Positions 37,182 to 50,240 of a DNA stretch of 64,000 nucleotides are shown piece after piece. Origin of the DNA: Camelus ferus (lineage: Eukaryota). A program made the position numbers and the translations under genes. The DNA is taken from NCBI RefSeq assembly GCF_009834535.1, contig NC_045696.1:82400001-82464000 (forward strand), written 5' to 3'. Below the pieces are notes generated by a model, which worked only from the letters and a program-made list of their open reading frames with translations, was not told where the DNA came from and made no database searches. The stretch's first letter is position 1, and each line of letters begins with the position of its first letter.

Positions 37182-39612
37182 TAAGACTTTATAATGATAT
37201 TAAAATCAGTCAGTTGACTGAAGACACTTGCTGACTTTTGAGATATGTCAGCAGGATGAGGTAGAGGAAGGGAGTGTGAGAGTACTTTTTCTTTCATCCT
37301 TTGTTTTGGACACAACTCTGGTGGGGAAAACAACTGAGACTGCGTGAACTGATGGGCTTCCTCTCTGGGGCAGTTTGTCAATGTGGAGGCGCTGGTCCTC
37401 TCCACAACCATGGTGACCCTTGCACCCCTCCATCCTTTTCTCTTTGTCTTCTCTGAACTGCTACTTACCTCCAGCCAAGTCTTTCCTTTTCACTTTCTTT
37501 GCTCTTAGTTGTCCCAAGAACACACCTTCCAATTGATGAATTTGCAGTTTACTCAACATTTTGTCAGTTACCTGACAATTTTTAAATCCCATTCGTGAAT
37601 ATTTCCCTCCTTCCTTGTCCTTCCTTCACGTTTGAAATGGATAAAGCACAAGTTTTATTTTTCGTGCCTGCCTTCTCAGTCACCATCTGCACATTCCCTG
37701 GACTCTCTTTTAAGCCATCCTCTGTTAGATTCTTTGCTGAAATGAAATATATGATTAATAAATGAGAAGGCCCTTACTCGTGATTGATAACTACTCTTAG
37801 AAACACTGTCATTTGCAATTCATTAAATGCCTTATTTGTCATTTATATTTACTGAAAATTGATACTCTATGTATTAGTTCTTTCCCAATGACGGATCACT
37901 GGTAAATGTATAATTAAAAGAGAGCTTAATTCTAATCTATCTTCATTTCCCCTTGAAATAGTTTTACAGCTGTCATGTGGACCTTCTTCATTTCAGTGCA
38001 TTCCTCTTTCCAGTTCCCACAACTGTCCTCTCTTAATTTCTGAATTTCTTACCTCAGCGCCATGTCATACTGTCAGAAGATTCAGATTCAAATTCTGTCT
38101 CTGTCACTTGCTTTGAGACTTTGGACAAATTGTTAACAGCCTCCCAATCTTAGTTTTCTCACCTATTTCGCATAATCAGCAGGAGTTTCAAATGAGATAA
38201 TACATTGGAAAGTACTATGTTAGCTAAAAAAATGGCGTACACATTGGTATTGAATTAGCCAATATGGTCCTCAGGTTCCTCTGAATCAAACGCTTATGAT
38301 AATGCCCCATAATTGCAGGTTACAGATATATCACATAAAATAACTTGCAGGGGAAATGAAAGGCTGGCCACAGACAGGCAGTGAAACCTTCGGTGAACAG
38401 TGCCAAGTCTCCCCACTGCCCAGGAGCACAGAAGGTACAGCATTATCAGTGAGGAGTTGGCTTCATGGGGTTAAAGTCACACAGAAGTGCTGACTCACCC
38501 AGATCTGTGTCCTATGCAAATAGAGAGCAGTCAGTACACTGATTAATTTTCTCTCAGCCGACCATGCACGAGATAACTCTAAGTGCTTTCCTGCTTCTTG
38601 TCATTACTGTAACTCCAGCCTACCTCCTTAGACTTCAGCAACTGGCCTCTTGACTCCTTAAGCTTGCTCTGGTCTAGAGTTTATACCAAGTGGGGCTTTC
38701 TTGATCACTGAATAGGTTTCTTCCCATTTTCTTCCCCTCTTCCCTCTTTCTCAACTCCCATCTTAGGGTGGCCTTTAGCATTGCTGGGGGCAAGGCTCCT
38801 ACATGGGAAGACTTCTGCTTGCCCAGTGTAGCTTCTCCCTCCTGGTGGGACCTGGAATGTCATGGCTAGGTCTTCAGGTGTTGGGTCAAAAGCTTCACGG
38901 CATCTGTAGGTGAACGCTTGAGTTTTCTTCCCCCAGAGTTGTCTGATCACTTCCTGAGGGCTTGCTTTGGTCCAGGAAGAATGATGTAAGCTTGGAACCC
39001 CCTTCTTACAATTTTGGTGAGGTTAGATCTTGTCTCTGCTTTAGCAAACCTTGACTTAAGAGAAATGTAGGTTTTGGGGGTTTTATAGTAGCCCTGCAGC
39101 CTTGGACAATGACTTCACTTCTCTAAGACAGAGATGAGACTACCTGCCTCATAGGGGTGTTGTGTTGTTTCATGAGACCGTGTTTGTACTGTCCTGGCAC
39201 TTTGAAATCTTCAGTGAAATCCTCCTCTTCAGTCCTACGCCCTCTGTAAGGCCTCTACTATCACGACCAACCTTTATAGATGAGAGGCCCCAAGAATAAA
39301 ATCAAATATTAGAATAGTGCAGAGAGATGGACACACTCTTATAGATAGGTTTCTCCTCAAATTCTATTAAGGCATTGATTATTATTTTTTTATTCTGTCC
39401 TCTACTGATCAGCACCTCAGTAGCAATCATTAAAATTTTAGAGTAGTAAAAGACAATGTTTTGAAGACTTTTCAATAATTATTTATTGATAGCCCAGTTT
39501 CTTTCAATCTTAGATGAACTTGTTGACAGATTCTGACCTGTTTGCCAATGAATTACCATTCTTTAGGGTCTTTTTTCCTTTAATGGGTAATGTATGGTTT
39601 ATCAACTTTAGG

Positions 39613-40037
39613 TACAGTGGCAGACTTCTATTGTTCAAATAAAATATTTCAATAAGTTTTTGAATTAAAAATATTTGAATAAAATATTTGAATATTATTC
39701 AAACTAAATATTCACTGCCTCTTTCTGGGGTAGAATTATACTTCTACTGACCCCCAGGCTTGCTCTGACCAATACATGTGAACAGATAGAAGTTTTTAAG
39801 ATTCAGCACTTAGCTTACCATGTTTTGTCTTTTCCCTCTATTACGACAGCAGGAATATTGTACGCAGAGTCTATTTTAGCAGATCTGAGCCTGGAGGAAA
39901 GGTGGAGCTGAGGCATAGTTGACCCAGAATAAAGCACAAAGCATAACATTAACAAGAAATAAATTTTGTTGTAAACCATTGAGATTTGGGGGGTTATTTC
40001 TTGCAGCAGTATAACTAAGCTATTTTGACTGATGCAG
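39613..40037 (+). mobile_element. ERVL-MaLR solo LTR (MLT1I/J-like)
   Basis: 3' motif aagaaataaattttgttgtaaaccattgagatttgggggtt...gcagtataact...tgactgat. Confidence 0.75.
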
Positions 40038-40239
40038 GTATACATATTTGTGAATTTTGATTAATGTTTTATTGAAGTACCAATTACATATCCTATATGT
40101 ACTATATGTATATATCCTTTATATATTTTGGTGAACTCTGAATTATATTTAATAATGTAATTGGTTTTCATTTATTTCTTTTTCCTGTGTTGACTATAGG
40201 AGTTTTATGTATAATCAACTATGCCTGAAATATACTAGT

Positions 40240-41145
40240 TGTTAATAAAGAAAAACAAATTTAAAATGGTTTAGAAATGAAAGGAATTTATTAGTTTGTG
40301 AAGCTTTAAAATCTGTATGTAGATTATGCTTCCAGCATAGTTTGATTAGCTATCTGGCTCCATTTTTTCAATTTGTTCTTCTTTCCTCTGTATGCTGCTT
40401 TCATCTGTAGACTGTTGCAAAATCCTTTACTACCTGCTTTCTTATCCATATTCAGGAGGAGAGAAAAGGCTTCTTTTCTCTAAAACTTTGAAAAAAATCA
40501 TAACCTTTTCTTTAATTGGACTGACTTAGGCAATATTGTCAGCCTCTGAAGAAACTTCTTGGGCTGGAGGAACACTATGCACTGATTGACTCAGACCTGG
40601 GATGCATGCCCATCCCTGAACCAAATCAGAGCCCATCCCTGGAGCTTGGAAGGATGTTATGTTAATATAGAAAAGCTAGCTGCTAGAGCAGACACATTCC
40701 AGATTCTCTCTGGCTTCGTACAATGAACATTTATTCCTCAGTCATGTTATAGACCAGTGTGAATGTTCTTAATCCTAAATGACTGGTTCACCTCCAAGAG
40801 GTTATTCAGAGATCTTAGTATCTTAGTGTTCTTCCATCCTGAGTGCAGAGTTCCTAGAGTTGCTGCTTCTTAACTACTTTGTCCCAGAAGTGACACACAT
40901 CAATTTTGCTCACATTCCATTGGGGAGAACTAGTCACATGGCTCCTCATAGGTCAAGATTGGTGTGAAATGTGGTCCTTGGCCCGGCCTCTGCTTCCTAG
41001 CATGTACTCCACAGTGTGGAAGGGAGCATGAGTCTTTGGTGGTCAGCCAGCTAACTCTGCCACAGATGTTAATCCCACCCATGCGGCACAAAGGGAGAGG
41101 AATGGAGTGAGTGTTGGGGAAGCAACTAACCATGTCAGCCACAGC
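40240..41145 (-). mobile_element. Two ERVL-MaLR LTRs (MLT1K-like and MLT1J-like), probably nested
   Basis: MLT1K-like text at 40240-40650 and 41065-41145. MLT1J-like text at ~40690-41063 (ccagaagtgacacacatca...gctcacattccattgg...actagtcacatggc). Confidence 0.65.
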
Positions 41146-42404
41146 AGGGAATCTGGTATTGATGTCAGTGAGGCACTGATTTGTGCTGAAGCAGATGTGT
41201 AAGCCCTCCACTGCCTACTGAACTAACTGATGTGATCAAAAGTCCATATATCACTTAAAAATAACTTCAGAGAGTATTTTAAACTAGTAAATGAATTACT
41301 GTAAGATGTCAGGTTTCTTCCTCTTGAGGAGCAGGTGAGGGCCAAGGCTCAGGTGGGGTTTGAGGCATGGTGCTTTTTCTTGGGGTTATGGTGCATGATT
41401 GCAGGGGATGGACACTGTCAGTTATGGGCAGGAGGCCTGCTGGGGATGAAGCAAAGAGAATGTGTGCACGAGAGTCACAGAAAGAGGCTTTGTGTGGAGT
41501 GAGAACTAAACTATGAAGTCCACATGAGGAGAGTCTTGCGGAATAAGACAAAGCAGAAGAGTTAGAGATGGTGAGTGCTCAGGTGGCAGGAGGCTTTAAG
41601 ACATTCCAGAGATGAGTCCAAATGCCTGCAGAAGACTTTTAAGTGCTTTGGATGTGTAGGCAGACAAGGAAAGAAATACAGCTCACTGTAATTATCTGTT
41701 ATATAAGAGTTTTAACTATCCTTCAATATAGTTCTTTTCTTATCGTTCAGGTGTCAGGGTAAATATTTCTTCTCCAGAGAGAACTTCCTTGATCAGAATT
41801 TCCTCTACCCTGCCATTGTTTCTTTACTACTGTACTCCACGGGAAAATTGTAACCATTCATTTACTTGTTTAGAGTCTGTCTTTCATACTGGATTACTTG
41901 TGCCATGGGAGCAGAGGCTGTCTCCTTTGACCTCAATTGCATACCCAGTACCTTGCTCTGTGTTTAGAATCATTTTGAATGAATGGCATTTTAAGTATTT
42001 TATGAGGCCATGATTGTAAACATCTATTGATTTTTTTTAATTTGAAGAGTAGTTTTTCCAATCCAATTAAGATCCTAAAAGTTAAAGAAAGAATTTATAT
42101 AAAACTTGTAAAATTTGAAGATCATATATAATGAACTTGTGATTTATTGAAATTCCAGTCAAGTTTATTTGAAGTTAAGTAAGATTTTGCTGTTGTGTGA
42201 TAATGTCCAACAGTCTCTAGGACACAATGTCAGAGAGTTCAAGTCTTCTAGTTGATCTTTATTTCAGAGTTTGGAGTCAGTCACAGCTCTCCAGTATCTA
42301 AGGTCCAAGGCAACTTGGTTGTGAGTCCTTGGGACCCAAGGTCATCTTTGGTATTTCCAGACCTTGAATAGATTCTGGCATCCACGGACTCCATGTTGGC
42401 CCTG

Positions 42405-42893
42405 ATTCTATTGCTGTGTAACAAACCAGCCCCAAATTTAGTGTCTTAAAGCAAGTTAATTATTATTTTTTGCAGTTCTGGGTATTGATTTAGTTCAGCT
42501 AGGTGGTTCTCATTTGGTGTCTCTTGTGGTTGTGGTCAGATGTTGGCTGGGGCTGCAGTTGTTAGAAGGCTACTGAAGTGTACATTAAAGATGTCTCAGT
42601 TAAATGGCTGCTGCTCCTTGCTGTCAATGCTTAGTTGTGGCTCTTGCGTGGAGTGTTTGCATATGGTTTCTCCATGTGGCTTGGCCTTCTCACAGCACAG
42701 TGGCTGGACTGTTGGAGGAGCATCCCAAGATGTAAGGCTTTTTATGCCCTCGCATTCAAGTCATGCCTGCTGTTCCTCTTGGTCAATACATGTCACAAGG
42801 CTAGCCCAGATTCAAGGGGTGGAGACTAAACAAGGGCATGAATATTAGGCCTCATGGTTCGTGGGAGAGCATTTTGGGAGACTAGTTACCAAA
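42405..42893 (-). mobile_element. ERVL-MaLR solo LTR (MLT1F/G-like)
   Basis: ctattgctgtgtaacaaac...cccaaatttagtg...gtcacaaggctagcccagattcaagggg. Confidence 0.8.
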
Positions 42894-43419
42894 GTCTATT
42901 TGGAAATGAACAGATCACAGCCTGGAGTGTTAGGCCAGGTCTGGTCATACAAAACAGTTTGCTCTATTCAGAGATTCTCCAGGTTTGCTACAGATCTCGG
43001 TAGGAATGAGGAAATGCCTTTCTCAGTGGATAGAAGTCTTAAGGGAGGAATCTGGAATTATTGTGACCAAAGGGTCTCTAAAATATCAAGAGATTGAGCC
43101 CAGGAGATCTTGACTCTTCCAAGTCTGCAGCATGGCTTACCTGATACAATCTGAGAGGCCAGCTAGAGGTAGGATTAAGAACCTTTGAAAGTCTAAAGGT
43201 TCTAGGAGGTGTACTCTCCCACTTGGCAGTTATAAACTGCTAAGGAGTGGTGCGTTGTATTCAGAAGTTCATCTGATGCTTAGATTCAGTGGAATAAATA
43301 TCCTAGACTGGTTGTGGTTTCTGGGCTGCTTCTTCCTGTCGCTGAATTGTAAGCCTTTCCTATTGGCCTCCTATTTTATTTTTATAGTCCATGAAAAATA
43401 TATCCAGGTATTGTTTTGG

Positions 43420-44185
43420 AGCATTAGAAAAGAGTAGTAATTGCTGGGAGTCAACAGATATTTGTCACAACAGAATAACCCCTAACTCTTAAAAAAAGGT
43501 TCTTGCTAGGGAATTGAGATAGACATTGACTGGTTTCAAAAAAGCACTTTGTAAAGTTTCATTGTTGTTGAGAACAAGGTCATGAAAGTGGGCTGGGTGA
43601 GTTAGACAGCTGATAAAATAATCATATCTCAAGGTCTGTGGATCTGTCAAGCTGGGGAGACTCTTTAGTTGATGGCTGCAATAATCTGTCCTTGTTCCTA
43701 TATTATTTCATGTTGGTATCCATGACACAGAGAGAATGCTTTTCAGATGACTTCACTGGGAGGTATAGCCAATGCAAAAGATAAACAAAGTGTGTTCCAA
43801 ATTATTTTGTCAAAATGGAACTCTGCCCTACAGCCTACAAGGTGCCACTCAGTAGACACAAATGTACAATTGTTCATTTAGGTTAAAAAAATGAATGGCA
43901 TAATTATGGGAAGACTTGGTAGCAGATTCAAGTGAAGAATATTTAGTTGAACAGAAGCTGTATATCAGTTAGGGAATATCGACCGGCTTCTAAGAAGCTG
44001 GTATTATATTAGGGTGCAATAAAGGAATAAATTAATTATGAAAATGATCTAGATTAGTCACAGTGTATCAGAGAATTGCACACAGTGTTGGTTGCTACTT
44101 TTGAAGGAGGCCATTGACAAGCGAAGTATATGAAGAAGAGGGTGAAACAGATTATAAAGGGCATGGCGGCCACGTCATATCTATA
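43420..44185 (+). mobile_element. Ancient L3/CR1 LINE reverse-transcriptase fossil
   Basis: Decayed CR1 motifs in the expected order (cagatgac...ctgggagg; aaatgtacaattgttcatttagg; gacaagc...gaagagggtga...aagggcatgg). Confidence 0.7.
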
Positions 44186-44574
44186 GAACTAACAGAGATA
44201 TGGAGTTTTACATAGTCAGTGAATATCTGGACATTCAAGCTAAAAAAATGTGTAGCATTTGAGAATGGTCTTGAATGATGACTTTGGATAGTTAGAAATG
44301 TGGAGGGGGATGATGCAGAGAAAACTATACGGGCTGAGTCAAGGATTTGTGAGCTGTGTCCAGGCGATGATAAAGCACCTCTTTGGTTTTAAACATATGG
44401 TGCACGGCAGGTAGCAGAGGACGATGAGGCTGTAAAAGGAGGTTGGGGGCAGATGGTTCAAACATTGGCTGCCACATCAGGAGGTGTGTATTTACTCTCG
44501 TATGCAAGAGGGAGTAATCCATGGTTTATAAACTGGGACTAATTATGGCAAAAAGAAAATAATAAAAATAGTAA

Positions 44575-44760
44575 AAATAACACTGTCAGCTAATAGGCAC
44601 TCTTCTAAGTTCTCACATATATTAACTCATTTAATTCTCACAATATCCCTATTAGATAGGTATGGCTATTATCCTCATTTTATAGAAGTGAAAACAGGCA
44701 CAGCGATTAAGTGACTTTCCCAAAGTCACCCCATTCATAAAAGGCAGAGCCCAGCTCCAG
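44575..44760 (-). mobile_element. MIR SINE
   Basis: attatcctcattttatagaagtgaaaacaggcacagcgattaagtgactttcccaaagtcac. Confidence 0.85.
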
Positions 44761-45616
44761 TGTGATGCTCCTACCCACCCCTGGGGCAATGCCCTCTGAG
44801 CCCTCATGGGCTGATCTCCTGGCTCTGCTCCTTCTGTGTCCCCCTCAGTGTCTGCTGTAGCCCAGAGAACACTGTGGTCCTCCATTCAGCCCATTCTGGA
44901 CTAGCAGTTCACTTCTAACTTCTATTTGGAACCACTCAACAGGAAAACAATGTGCTGGAGATAGAGGAAGCAGATGAGTTAAAAAAGTGATTAGGAAGCT
45001 GTGTTTGCTTTTTGGATTTTGAGGCCTTTCAAGTTTCAGGTTTGAACAGTGGGTCCTGGGTGGTGCATCCTGACTCTGGTTCACTGCCAAGAGTTGGGTG
45101 TGTCTAACGCAGAGGAGTGATTTAAGAGTAATTTAAGCTTAAGTACTCCCAAATGAACATTACCCCAGTAGCATAAGGTTAAATTCTGGGTTTGCAAGGC
45201 CCCAAGCAGACGTTTAAAAAGGAGACCCTTTGGCCCTTTGTTGAAACCCCACGGCTGCCTGGCTGCCTTGTAGATCTGGTGCTACTTGGGTGGCATTGAT
45301 GTCTTGGAGAGAGAAGGTGTCCTGGACCAGGTCCCTTCTACCCTCCACTGTTTGCCCTCCTTTACCCCTACCAGCCAGGCTTGGTTAACATCCTCAAGTT
45401 GGAGAGTTTAGCTATTTAAACAAAAGTCCAGGTTAGTAAAACTGGGAGTGGGGGCTTAGTAGTGACTTTGATAAACTTATTTGCTATGCTCTTTTATGAA
45501 TATATTAGCTTAAAAAAGCATAGTGGAGAATGGCTTCAAAAACTCTGTAAAGAAGCGATTAAACCTGACCTATTAACCCGGACTAATAAATTTGTTTTAT
45601 CTTGTTGACAGCAAAG

Positions 45617-45619
<3 letters not shown>

Positions 45620-45648
<29 letters not shown>

Positions 45649-45690
45649 CTGTCTGTCTGTTTGTGTGTCTGTGTGTCTGTGTGTGTATGT
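45620..45690 (+). repeat. (TG)n / (TGTC)n microsatellite
   Basis: Read directly. Confidence 0.95.
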
Positions 45691-48600
45691 TGTGGAGACT
45701 TGGGAATATCTGGCTTAATGACTGAAGCCTGTTTGTTTCGGGAGGGCCAAAGCTAGCTCATACAGGACTGATACCTCTTCTGCAGGAATGCTGAGTGTCT
45801 CTGCCATCTTACACCTGCTGTCCCTGTCCTTGTGGCTGGCGGTGCTGGCGGGCAGGCTAAATGATCCCATCCTGTGTGTGGGTTCTCCAACTAGCTGCAG
45901 GACTGCTGCGTGGGCACCTGGCCACATCTTTTCTCAACTTGTTTTTGCCGAGTCACAACTGTTCACCACCTTCCTTTCTTTTCTTTTTCCCATCTTACCG
46001 TATTTCCTCTCTGTTTACCCTCCTCTTGGCTTACTCTGTCTCTTCATTTTCCTTTTGTCCCTCCATCTTGACCACCAATCTTAACCTCTCTTCCTGAGTC
46101 AGCTGACCTGAACCATGGGCACTTGGCCCAGATAAAGTGAGACCAGATCACTGGAAAACGCAGATGAAGGCCTCCGACATGGGCTGTTGAGATACTTTGG
46201 GGCTGTCTTCCCAGTGGTTGATCTACACAGGATGAGTGTGTAGGTGATTTATTCTGTGCTTGCTGTTGGGAGCAGGCAGTGCCGAGCCCTTGGTAAGGAA
46301 TGTAATCCATGTATGCTGATGCCCCCATTCTCTAAGCACCTTTTGTTCCTTGAATCCCACTCCTGTGGGTTGACATTTTTGTGAGAGTGTGAGTAGCCCA
46401 ACTCCTGGCATTTTTCTTCTTTCTAATTCATTTAACACACACGCACATCTATCTTCTGCTCAGATGTACAAGTACGAGATAAATGGGAACATAAGGATCA
46501 TATTGTGCTTGAGTTATATCATTGCTGACTTCCTGAGAAGCCTGTTCAAACGACCAGAGGATGTTAACTAAATTGACAATGTGTTTCTCGGAGGTGGAAG
46601 TGAGCAAAACATCTGCTTTTATAATAGTCTGCTTGCCTGGATAGGCATGTACTGTTTTGTTGTTCCAGAAGACTTTCAAGCAAATATACTGGTGAGTTTC
46701 AATGGCTTGGAACTTCCTGTTTTGTGATTTAAAAAAAAATGCCTTTGCAGAATGGGTAATGTTCACAGAATTCTGTGTTGCTTTAAATATATTCTCAGCC
46801 CTAGGTTATCACAGGGAAAGATTGATTAGGAAGCTACATGGGAGAGAAAGCAGATGATATAGGTCCATCACTTTTCTCCTTTAGTGCATAGCATTTGTTG
46901 ACACCCTTGTGTAATACAATGAACCTAGTGTTCAAGACTCTGGGGCCAAGAAATACAGAACATCGGACAGACAAGCATCCTACAAAATGTTCAGAAAGCA
47001 CATATGAGCTTTTTTCTTCTGATTTACAACCTTTGTTCAAATAGGGCCTCAGAAAACCAAACCAAACAAAAATAAAGAGCTTTGAGTTGAGCTGAGATAA
47101 GTTGCCATGAATTCCAGACAGCATTTGAGGGACATCAAATTTAATGGTGATATTGGCATATACAACAGCTTTCTGGTGTTTGCATATGAGAGCTGTGACT
47201 AGCCAACTCCACTGTCTGACTCAAAAGCTTAAGCTTGGAGGGTTTGGAGTTTTAAATCTGTCACCCCTTGCATGTGATCTTGGTCAACTGCCTTTCCCTC
47301 TTTGGACTTGGAGGGAAATCTGTGAAATGGAGTTATACATATATTTGTTCTCAGAAGTATTGCCTGAGTGTGGATACTAGCTGGCTGGTGAGAGAATGAA
47401 CCATTTTGCATGGAGGATAGTGTCATTGAACTAAATGACTGAATGACTGTCATCTTGTCTCTAAGACGCTTCTGTGTAGCTTTACTCTGAATATTGCCTC
47501 ATCGGAATGCTTCTGGGGAAGTAAAATGGAAGTAGAAAGTAAGAAAAGACAACAGCCAGCAGCATTTACTTGCTTTTGTGTGAGCTATGTCTGAGCACCC
47601 ACTCCTTCCAAGCCCAGGGCTGATGTAGACAAGTCCCTACACTCAAGCAACTTGTGGAATCTGTACTAAGTACATGGTAGAGAAAGAGTCAAAGTGCCGT
47701 CATTGTCCCTGAGGTGGGAGAGAGGCAAACAAAACAACAGCAGACAAACTCAGCCTTGTGTTTCCCTCTCCTTGGCGTGGGGGGATTCTTGAAGTGTGGA
47801 GAACAGAGAACAGAGAACAGAGAACAGGGTGATTCCGGTGGTTCATGGGCTGAGGACTCCATGGCCTTGAATCAAGAAGTGAGAGTCATTTCCTTTCAAG
47901 CCCTCTGTTAGTCCTTCCAACAACTGCAAGAACAACTGTAGATTAACATGTGATAATTTCAACAGAAAGTCGGAGGCTCAGTTGGGTGACAGAATTTGGC
48001 TAGAATTTAATAATATTGTTTAGTTTTCATTCTCTATGCCATTTCCTCTAGGATAGCAGATGATACTGGTTTTTCCACTTGAGATTGTTCTTTTGAAATG
48101 AATTAAAGGGACAAAAGTGAGTGCTTGAAGAAAACCATTGACTGACTGTTGTCGAGGTGTGACACAGGTGAAGGAGGGACCGGGATGAGCGAAGTTTGGA
48201 TGAGCGAAGATCTTTAAGAGGCAAGGCTTGGGTATGAAGCCGGGGCACTGAGTCCAAGCCTGGGGTCCATCTGCAGTGTGCAGGTGAATTTGGGGGTGGA
48301 CTTTCCAGAACAGAAGGTTTTTCTTCCCCATAACTTGTGATGATTAAGAGAAAAATGCCTCAAACTGCAGCTTCCTCTGGGTCATGTGACAAACCCAGGC
48401 AACTTTCTAGAGTTGCCACTCCCAGAATCCTGGCAGACCCCGGGCCTGTTTCTTCAGAATTCCCTGAACCTGTGCTGTAAGCAAAGCTTTTTGTGTTTTT
48501 AGCAGAGATCGCATTGTCCCTACTTTTGGCTCTCCCTCACCCCCAGGGGCACAGTAGTTGCTGATGACTTTGAAATGGCATGGGGGCCATGACAGCAAGT

Positions 48601-49949
48601 TGCAGTGTGTTTTGCCTTCTGTGGACAGAAGGCAAGTTTCTTTCCTCATTGTGCGGAGAGTGTCACAAGCCACCCCCGCTCCATCTGCCAGTTGTGCTGG
48701 GACCTGTCCAGACAGCCAATGGAGGAGCAGGTGGGGACCCTCCCTGGGAAGGTCTCCTCCTCCGAGGGCTGGTAGAGGTGGGCTGGTGGTGGGAGCTGGC
48801 ATTCTGCTGCTCTCGGGAGGCCCTGCTTTGATGGATGATCTGGCAGCCTGTGCTGCACAGACCACCCGGCAGTGGCCAAGGTGGTGAAGCGTGTCCCCGT
48901 TAACTCCACTCTGGGCACTGAACTGAAGAGGGAGCAAAGCCCAGGAAAAGGGCCTTAGTGGCAGTGCTGGAGGTGGAGTGGCTGGCAGCAAAGCTCTCCG
49001 CTAGTTCCCAGCCATTCAGTAGTTCCAGAGGCAATGAGGTTGGAATCTCAGCAAGAGAGGCCTGGGAGGGAAGATGGGCTTTCCGCAAAAGCAATACCTA
49101 AATGTACCCTCTTGTACACACATGGCCTTCCAGGCTGATCCTAAAGAACGTATTCAACTGAGACATGCTTGCTGTGACAGCAGAGTCTCTGGGCTGGGGA
49201 GAGAGCTGTCAGTCATCAGTTTCCTATTCAGTGTTACTACTGAGTATCGGTGGGAGTGGAGGCACGGGGTTGGGGTGTACTCATGGCTTTACATTCATGA
49301 AGGGCCTCAAGTTTAATCTTGTGAGATTTTCTCCAAGTGAGGGTATATACACTGAAGCAGAAGTATATGGAGGCTTGAACAAAACCCATTATAAAACTTT
49401 AAACCATTACAAAACCCTTCTGTCTGCACGGCATGATGATTCTAACACATATATAAATCTTATATTTATACACATTTTTAACATGCAAAAAGCATATATT
49501 TGTTACATGTAAATGTTTTAAATATAGCACAATTTTTGTAAAGCATTTTTGCCCCATTCTTTTCCTCTTTCTCCAATCACCTGGAGAAACTTCCAAAAAA
49601 AGAAAGAAGTTCCAAGCAGGAGCAAAACAATGAGGGGGAGGGGATGGCGTTCTTGACGGATTAACTGTTTTGAGTTCTTTAGCAAATAAAACACCATGGT
49701 AATCCTGTCTGTTTCTGTGTAACACTTGAGATGTGTGCTAATAAGCCAGGCTCTGCCTCCCAGTAAGATGTTTATCAAAGTGAAATGGCCACTGATGAGT
49801 GCTGTGCATCTCTCCACTCTGATTCTGCTTCTCAGGGCCCAACAGCCAACTTTCTGGTCTGCAAGGGACACCTGTGCTTTCCTGTCTCTGGGCCCTTGCA
49901 TGAGCTGTATCTCTAGCATGGACCCGGAACACTCCTCCCCCTGAGCCCT

Positions 49950-50240
49950 TTCTGGAACACTCCGAATCACCCTTTAAGACCCAGAAGACTTGCCACCTCT
50001 TCTTTGAAACCTTACTGGATAACCTATTCAGCGTAAACCCTTCACTCTCACTGTGCCGTGGAATGCATGGTTCCTCCTGTGCAGTGCCTCTCTGCCTCCT
50101 GTGTACCTTCGCAATGTCCATGGATAGCTGTTTGTGTCTCACCACGCCATGAGCTTCCCATGCAGGACCACGTCTCTTTGGTCCTTGAATCCATAGCCAA
50201 GTAGCTTGCAAAGGAAAGGTGCTCCATAAATGTTAAATAT
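49950..50240 (+). mobile_element. L2 3' remnant
   Basis: cctttaagacccag...gagcttcccatgcaggaccacgtct...ggtgctccataaatgtt. Similar remnants at ~6330-7000, 30140-30450, 30750-30930, 41740-41990 and 63780-63850. Confidence 0.65.

Noticed and set aside
48407..48991. 194-aa minus-strand ORF in a GC-richer intronic patch
   Set aside because: No recognisable protein similarity, poly(A) tail or TSD to suggest a retrocopy.
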